DNA of 64,000 nucleotides from Gracilimonas sp. (GTDB lineage: Bacteria; Bacteroidota; Rhodothermia; Balneolales; Balneolaceae). A model generated the notes under the pieces. The model saw only the letters and a list, made by a program, of their open reading frames with translations. It was not told the DNA's origin and did no database searches. The stretch lies in the NCBI RefSeq assembly GCF_965227785.1, contig NZ_OZ245785.1, forward strand, positions 1,446,293 to 1,510,292, in the 5' to 3' direction. Shown here piece after piece: positions 59,278 to 64,000 of this stretch; the stretch's first letter is position 1, and the number at the start of each line of letters is the position of its first letter. The position numbers and the translations under genes are program-made.

Positions 59278-59984
59278 GATACCGTCATCTCAGCTACGTC
59301 TTCGACTTCCTGTAATTTTCCGCCACGGAGTTCCAGCACGCGATCTGCGATTTTGCAAATATCCCGATCATGAGTAGCAAGAATGATAGTACGCCCATTT
59401 TCCCGAACCAGGTTATTTAAGATATCGAGGATTTGCTGACCGGTTTCGTAATCCAGATTTCCCGTGGGCTCGTCAGCTAATATCAGCATGGGTTCATGAG
59501 CAAGCGCACGTGCTATAGCCACCCGCTGTTGTTCCCCTCCGGACAGACGGTCGGGGTAACTGTCTCCCCGGTCTCCAAGACCTACTTTATCCAGAAACTG
59601 TTGAGCTTTATCCAGCGTACCCTCATCCGTTGCTCCTTTGAGCTTGAGAGGCAATAGCACGTTTTCGTGTGCCGTCAGTGTTGAAATCAGGTTAAATGAC
59701 TGAAATACGAAGCCGATATTTTTACGTCGAAATAGCGTTCGGTTCTTTTCGTCAAGCTCAGCCAGATTGGTTCCGCCAATAATTACCTTACCTTCGTCGG
59801 GCTTATCAATTCCGCTTACCAGGTTAAGAAGGGTACTTTTTCCGGAGCCTGATCGTCCGAGTAGCACAATCATTTCTCCTTCTTTTACAGAGAGATTCAT
59901 ACTATCAAGCACCGAGCGAATTTTATCTCCTTCCCGATAGCTTTTTGTCAGGTTCTGTAATTCTATGTGTGAGGTATCAGGCAT
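59274..59984 (-). CDS. ABC transporter ATP-binding protein (LolD/MacB-type, AttE-like)
   Basis: GRSGSGKST, LSGGEQQRVAIARAL, LILADEPT. Confidence 0.9.
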   Translation of the reverse strand: MPDTSHIELQNLTKSYREGDKIRSVLDSMNLSVKEGEMIVLLGRSGSGKSTLLNLVSGIDKPDEGKVIIGGTNLAELDEKNRTLFRRKNIGFVFQSFNLISTLTAHENVLLPLKLKGATDEGTLDKAQQFLDKVGLGDRGDSYPDRLSGGEQQRVAIARALAHEPMLILADEPTGNLDYETGQQILDILNNLVRENGRTIILATHDRDICKIADRVLELRGGKLQEVEDVAEMTVS

Positions 59985-60082
59985 CTATTTCTAATTAAGC
60001 CGTTTCAGATCATTTTACTTCGGGCTTAACATCACTTACTGAAACAGTGTTCCTGAACTGATGTGAATTAACTGCTCTCCAT

Positions 60083-60112
60083 AAAAAAAGCGCCTGCCGT
60101 TATAGCAGACGC
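60083..60112 (-). terminator. Rho-independent terminator after the LamG/T9SS gene
   Basis: The minus strand reads GCGTCTGC-TATAACG-GCAGGCGC followed by TTTTTTT, 30 nt past the stop at 60142. Confidence 0.7.
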
Positions 60113-60141
60113 CCCGAGGGAGATTAAATTTTTAGGTGGAC

Positions 60142-63100
60142 TTATTTCACCAGTGTCATTTTACGTATTTGTTCAAATTCCCCGGCTTTCAATCGGTAAA
60201 TGTACATCCCGCTTGGCAGCTGACTTGCATCAAAATCTACCTGATGCGTCCCGGCAGCTTGTCGTGTATTTACCAGGTCGGCTACTTTCTGTCCGATGGA
60301 GTTAAATACCGTCAGCCGTACATCTGCTGCTTCCGGAAGGGCATATTTTATAGTAGTGGTTGGGTTGAACGGGTTCGGGTAATTATGGGACAGATCGAAT
60401 GCTTCCGGTACGCCATTTTCATCGGTGATGTCCGTATCGGTTACCATCTGTACACCTACGGAAACAGAAGTCGTGCCACCGTCTTCATCCGTCACTTCTA
60501 TATCCAGTGTTCCTGCCCCATCGAAATCACCGTTTGGTGATAGCTTGAGCATCTGCCCGTCAAAATCAACATTAATACCCGACGTATCTACCGCAAAAGT
60601 AAACGTCAGTGCCGTATCTGCTGACTCTACGTCTGCTGTTCGTGCAAACATATCAGCGGTCAATTCCCCTCCTAAAGGAACCTGAAGGTCATTCTCAAAA
60701 CCGGCAAGTTCCGGCAGGTCATTTACTGATTCTACGTTCACTATAAAAGACTGACGGGCTGTGGTAGCTCCATCGGTTGCTTCTACGGTAAGGGTATCGG
60801 TTCCGAAAATATTTTCCAGGGAAGTGAACACCAGGCTGGTATCATTCTGAACTTCCGCTTCCACAATATGACACGGCACCACAATGGAGTAACTCAGATT
60901 TGGGGTGTCATCATCCTGAAAAACAGTATTCAGATCTGCTGCTACAAAAGTACCAAAGTCTTCATCCAGAGTGATTTCAGAAATTGGGTTTACCACCACA
61001 GGCTGACTGCTCAGCGCATTGGAGTTCACAAAAGTAGCGTCACCACTCAGGGTTCCGCTCATTGCTCTTGTCGCTGAACTGTAGGTCAATGAAGATCCTT
61101 CAGACTCGTCAAACCGGAAATAAGCAATCAGGTCCTCGTGATCGCCCATTAATTCTTTGTAAAAGTTATTGGCTATCTCAGACTCCGAACGGGCTACATT
61201 CCAGATTCGAATTTCGTCCAACTCTCCGCTGTAGAAGTTCCCATCCAGCGCATTTGGCCCACCAATTAAAAGAGGCTGTGGATTCGGATCAATACTTCTG
61301 TCTTCGCTATCCGTGGCATCGAGCGAACCATTCACATAGATCTTAAGGTCGGTTCCATCATAAGTCGCAGCAATGTGTGTCCATTGATTTGCAGGGATAC
61401 TTGAATTCGTTGTGACCCGTGGCCCTCCATTGGTGATATCACCAATCGTAAATGAAGCAGCTACCGAGCTTCCGATACCTTCAAGACGCAAGCGGTATCC
61501 ATCACTGGTGGCCCCTTTCTGAACAATGACCGCATTCTCATCGCTATTGCCATCATGGTTCACCCAGGCTTCCACCGTCATGGTTTCTTCAAAGTTTACG
61601 TACAACTGTTCATAACCGTCTAATGAATTACGGTTATCGAGGCGAACGTAATCCAGATTACCATCCAGTTTTAGTGCGTTTCCGGCTTCATAAGCTGAAG
61701 CTCTGACTGGGGCTGGGTGACTGAAATCACTTTCCTGCCCGTCTGCATTAATCGTTGTTGTCTGATAGTAATAGGTGTTTTCAGCCGTCAAACCGCCATC
61801 AGAATAACTGAATGTAGAGGTTGAGGCTACTTCACTGCGATCACTTAAATTCTGCTGGGCCGATCGGTACACTTTTTGACTGGACGGCACATTAAAGGCT
61901 CGGTTTACAATAGATACTTCCGCTGTTGATGTATCTGCTAATGCGTAACTGTGTGGAGCAACAGGGAACACACCCGGTGCGATCACCTCAACAGAGCCGC
62001 TAACCGGTACTTTTTTCATATCGGTATGATAGGTATCCATGCTTCTCACAATAGAATTCCCTGCATCGTCAAAGCGATAGTAGAGTTCAAGTCCTTCTTC
62101 ATTCCCGACGAATTCTTTGTTGTAGTTATCCTCTATATCCTGACGCTGCAGTACAATGCTCCAAATCCCAAGCTCATCAATATGACCGCTAAAGAACTGG
62201 TCGGAAGCAGCAGCATCCGCACCGATAAACAGATCGAAGTCATTTCCGTCAATAGTGCGGTCTTCTGGTTCGGTTTTGTCAAGTTCACCGTTGATATACA
62301 CTTTAAGGTCGTTGCCGTCATACGTACCGGCCACGTGTGTCCATTGGTTAGCCGGAATACTTGAGTTGGATACGATGGTCGGTCCACCATTGGTGATATC
62401 CCCAATGGCAAATGCAAGATTGGGCGCTTGTCCTTCTCCGTCCAATCGTAGTACATATCCGTCTGCAGTTGATCCTTTTACAGCAATTACCGCATTTTCA
62501 TCGCTTTGTCCGTCGTGCTTAATCCAGGCATGTACCGTTATATCCGTTTCGATGATATCAAGTGAGGGCCGGTCTGAAACCAATCCATAGGCGTTTTTAG
62601 TAAGGTGCAGACTTCCTCCACCCATCGTGGCATAGGGCGTGGCCGTAACCATATTTGAAAAATCACTTTCGTTGGCAGAGCTGTTGATAGTTGTAATTTC
62701 ATAGTAGTAGGTTTGACCGTTACTTAAGCCTGTATCGGTGTATTCTGTACTTCCTGATGATACCGTAGCCACTTCCGTTCGGTCACTGCCATCCGCAGCT
62801 GTAGAACGATATACTTTGAAGCTTGAAGCCTGATTTTCATCATTCGGCCCCAGGCGTTCATCCCAGCTTAGCTCGGCCTGCCCGTTTCCATTATGGGTAT
62901 AAAGATTGGGTGCAATCGGTACCACTCCGGGACTCGCAATACCGGCATTATCACCAGTCATTGTGAGGGTGTTCGAACCTGCCAAGTCACTTACATTGCC
63001 CCCGCTGGAAGAGGAAAACTGATACAAAGCTGCAAGCCCGGTTTCACTTCCTGTCAATTCTTCCAGATAATTGTCCCTAATTTGAGCAGCGCTTCTCACG

Positions 63101-63714
63101 GTATTCCAGATTCGTACTCCATCCATCTCACCACTCAAAAAATTTCCGGTTAATGATGCATTGGCGCCCAGGGTAAGACTGGCATCGTTGGCATCAATCG
63201 TACGATCTTCTTGTGAAGTGACATCCAGTTCCCCATTGATGTAAATCTTCAAAAACTGCCCGTTATAGGTTGCCGCTATGTGGGTCCAGCGGTTGGCGGG
63301 AACTCCTGTTTCAGAATATACAGCCGGTCCGTCATTTGTCACATCACCAATAACAAACCGAACATAGGTCTCATCACCTTCACCATAAAGCTGCAGGCGA
63401 TATCCGTCACTACTCAAAGCCTTATTGATTAAGAAAGCATCAGCATCGCTTTCTCCGTCATGCTTTACCCATGTTTCAAGTGTGATACTGGTACCGGAAA
63501 TATCCAGAGATGGACTGTCTCCGGCGGTCGCATAATCACCATCGCCATCCAGACTCAGGCTACCCTGCTGGGCCCAACTCTGTGACGGAGCAACAGCAAC
63601 GATCATAAAAGTTAGTATTGCCGAAAAAATATAGTTAAAATTTTTGCTTAGGATGTACTCCCTTCTCTCATTGATTAAATTTTGATATATAGTATCTCGT
63701 GATTTCATCTGCAT
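60142..63714 (-). CDS. Secreted 1190-aa T9SS cargo: three LamG(ConA-like)+FN3 modules, cadherin-like region, C-terminal T9SS sorting domain
   Basis: Three about 300-aa repeats share ...HDG.SDENA...DGY.LRL...IGDITNGGP...[21 protein letters not shown]... C-terminus is [17 protein letters not shown]...[12 protein letters not shown]...KMTLVK. Confidence 0.8.
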   Translation of the reverse strand: MQMKSRDTIYQNLINERREYILSKNFNYIFSAILTFMIVAVAPSQSWAQQGSLSLDGDGDYATAGDSPSLDISGTSITLETWVKHDGESDADAFLINKALSSDGYRLQLYGEGDETYVRFVIGDVTNDGPAVYSETGVPANRWTHIAATYNGQFLKIYINGELDVTSQEDRTIDANDASLTLGANASLTGNFLSGEMDGVRIWNTVRSAAQIRDNYLEELTGSETGLAALYQFSSSSGGNVSDLAGSNTLTMTGDNAGIASPGVVPIAPNLYTHNGNGQAELSWDERLGPNDENQASSFKVYRSTAADGSDRTEVATVSSGSTEYTDTGLSNGQTYYYEITTINSSANESDFSNMVTATPYATMGGGSLHLTKNAYGLVSDRPSLDIIETDITVHAWIKHDGQSDENAVIAVKGSTADGYVLRLDGEGQAPNLAFAIGDITNGGPTIVSNSSIPANQWTHVAGTYDGNDLKVYINGELDKTEPEDRTIDGNDFDLFIGADAAASDQFFSGHIDELGIWSIVLQRQDIEDNYNKEFVGNEEGLELYYRFDDAGNSIVRSMDTYHTDMKKVPVSGSVEVIAPGVFPVAPHSYALADTSTAEVSIVNRAFNVPSSQKVYRSAQQNLSDRSEVASTSTFSYSDGGLTAENTYYYQTTTINADGQESDFSHPAPVRASAYEAGNALKLDGNLDYVRLDNRNSLDGYEQLYVNFEETMTVEAWVNHDGNSDENAVIVQKGATSDGYRLRLEGIGSSVAASFTIGDITNGGPRVTTNSSIPANQWTHIAATYDGTDLKIYVNGSLDATDSEDRSIDPNPQPLLIGGPNALDGNFYSGELDEIRIWNVARSESEIANNFYKELMGDHEDLIAYFRFDESEGSSLTYSSATRAMSGTLSGDATFVNSNALSSQPVVVNPISEITLDEDFGTFVAADLNTVFQDDDTPNLSYSIVVPCHIVEAEVQNDTSLVFTSLENIFGTDTLTVEATDGATTARQSFIVNVESVNDLPELAGFENDLQVPLGGELTADMFARTADVESADTALTFTFAVDTSGINVDFDGQMLKLSPNGDFDGAGTLDIEVTDEDGGTTSVSVGVQMVTDTDITDENGVPEAFDLSHNYPNPFNPTTTIKYALPEAADVRLTVFNSIGQKVADLVNTRQAAGTHQVDFDASQLPSGMYIYRLKAGEFEQIRKMTLVK

Positions 63715-63856
63715 TAATTTGGTTAATGATTACAATGACAGGCAGAACTCAGTATTTTAGCCCTGTCTCTCGTTTTTTACATACGTGGGGCATTTTTAAA
63801 ACCGCTCAATTGATTACCTTTATGAACCTGAATTCCCTATCTAAACACCCAAGCAC

Positions 63857-64000
63857 ATGAACCGAATCATTTTCTTAGGGATTACCTTCTCCGCTATCTT
63901 TTCCTGCACTCAAATTGAAAAAGAAGCGATAACACGCGATGGTTATATTCAAACGAATGATGGTGCAGAGCTTTATTATAAGGTTCAAGGGTTGGGTAGT
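63857..64000 (+). CDS. Lipoprotein, probable alpha/beta hydrolase, N-terminal 48 codons only
   Basis: MNRIIFLGITFSAIFSC lipobox, then ...DGAELYYKVQGLGS typical of alpha/beta-hydrolase N-termini. Truncated by the window edge. Confidence 0.4.
   Translation, partial: MNRIIFLGITFSAIFSCTQIEKEAITRDGYIQTNDGAELYYKVQGLGS

Noticed and set aside
60136-63153. Multiple plus- and minus-strand ORFs overlapping the 1190-aa gene (for example 60136-60540, 61951-62364, 62133-62456)
   Set aside because: They are shadow or alternate-frame ORFs within a clearly modular LamG/FN3/T9SS protein.
1-64000. Search for rRNA, tRNA, CRISPR arrays, transposases, integrases, reverse transcriptases, toxin-antitoxin pairs or known defence genes
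   Set aside because: Reading both strands showed none. There are no tRNA-like T-arm/acceptor patterns in the spacers, no regularly spaced 25-40-nt direct repeats, and no recombinase-like ORFs. Small structured RNAs could still be missed without covariance-model searches.

Overview
The window is a 64-kb chromosomal segment with about 43-45% GC by eye. Gene content points to an FCB-group bacterium (Bacteroidota/Balneolota-like): a T9SS C-terminal sorting domain, a single-subunit cytochrome b558 SdhC, DUF4296 and an OprB-type porin. About 65 densely packed CDS are supported. Most are housekeeping genes: sdhCAB, ftsH, lepA, lepB, rlmN, recQ, glmM, the yicC-gmk-rpoZ-coaBC cluster, fabZ-panB-surE, ubiE, pcm, lgt, udk and coaX. 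Accessory genes include an AttEFGH-like ABC system, a 1190-aa LamG/FN3 T9SS cargo protein, a carbamoyltransferase-DUF5989-SxtJ cluster, an ECF sigma cluster, two porins and a ZIP transporter. I found no rRNA, tRNA, CRISPR array, transposase, integrase or reverse transcriptase.

The most unusual signal lies in the intergenic DNA, not in a protein. At least seven gene-end spacers are built from tandem degenerate 7-nt units followed by their reverse complements, giving heptamer-phased palindromes. Two of these enclose a single small gene each: a 23S-rRNA-IVS-type four-helix-bundle protein and a stand-alone hisE-like gene. A second, unrelated hairpin element bounded by GCCAC...GTGGC occurs twice, immediately upstream of sdhB and of fabZ.

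Other points are a frameshifted DUF1460 gene, a 49-aa DUF5989 ORF missing from the ORF track, and a 609-codon minus-strand ORF that runs off the left edge and is also missing from the track.

All family assignments come from motifs recognised by eye. No database search was run, so novelty cannot be asserted.
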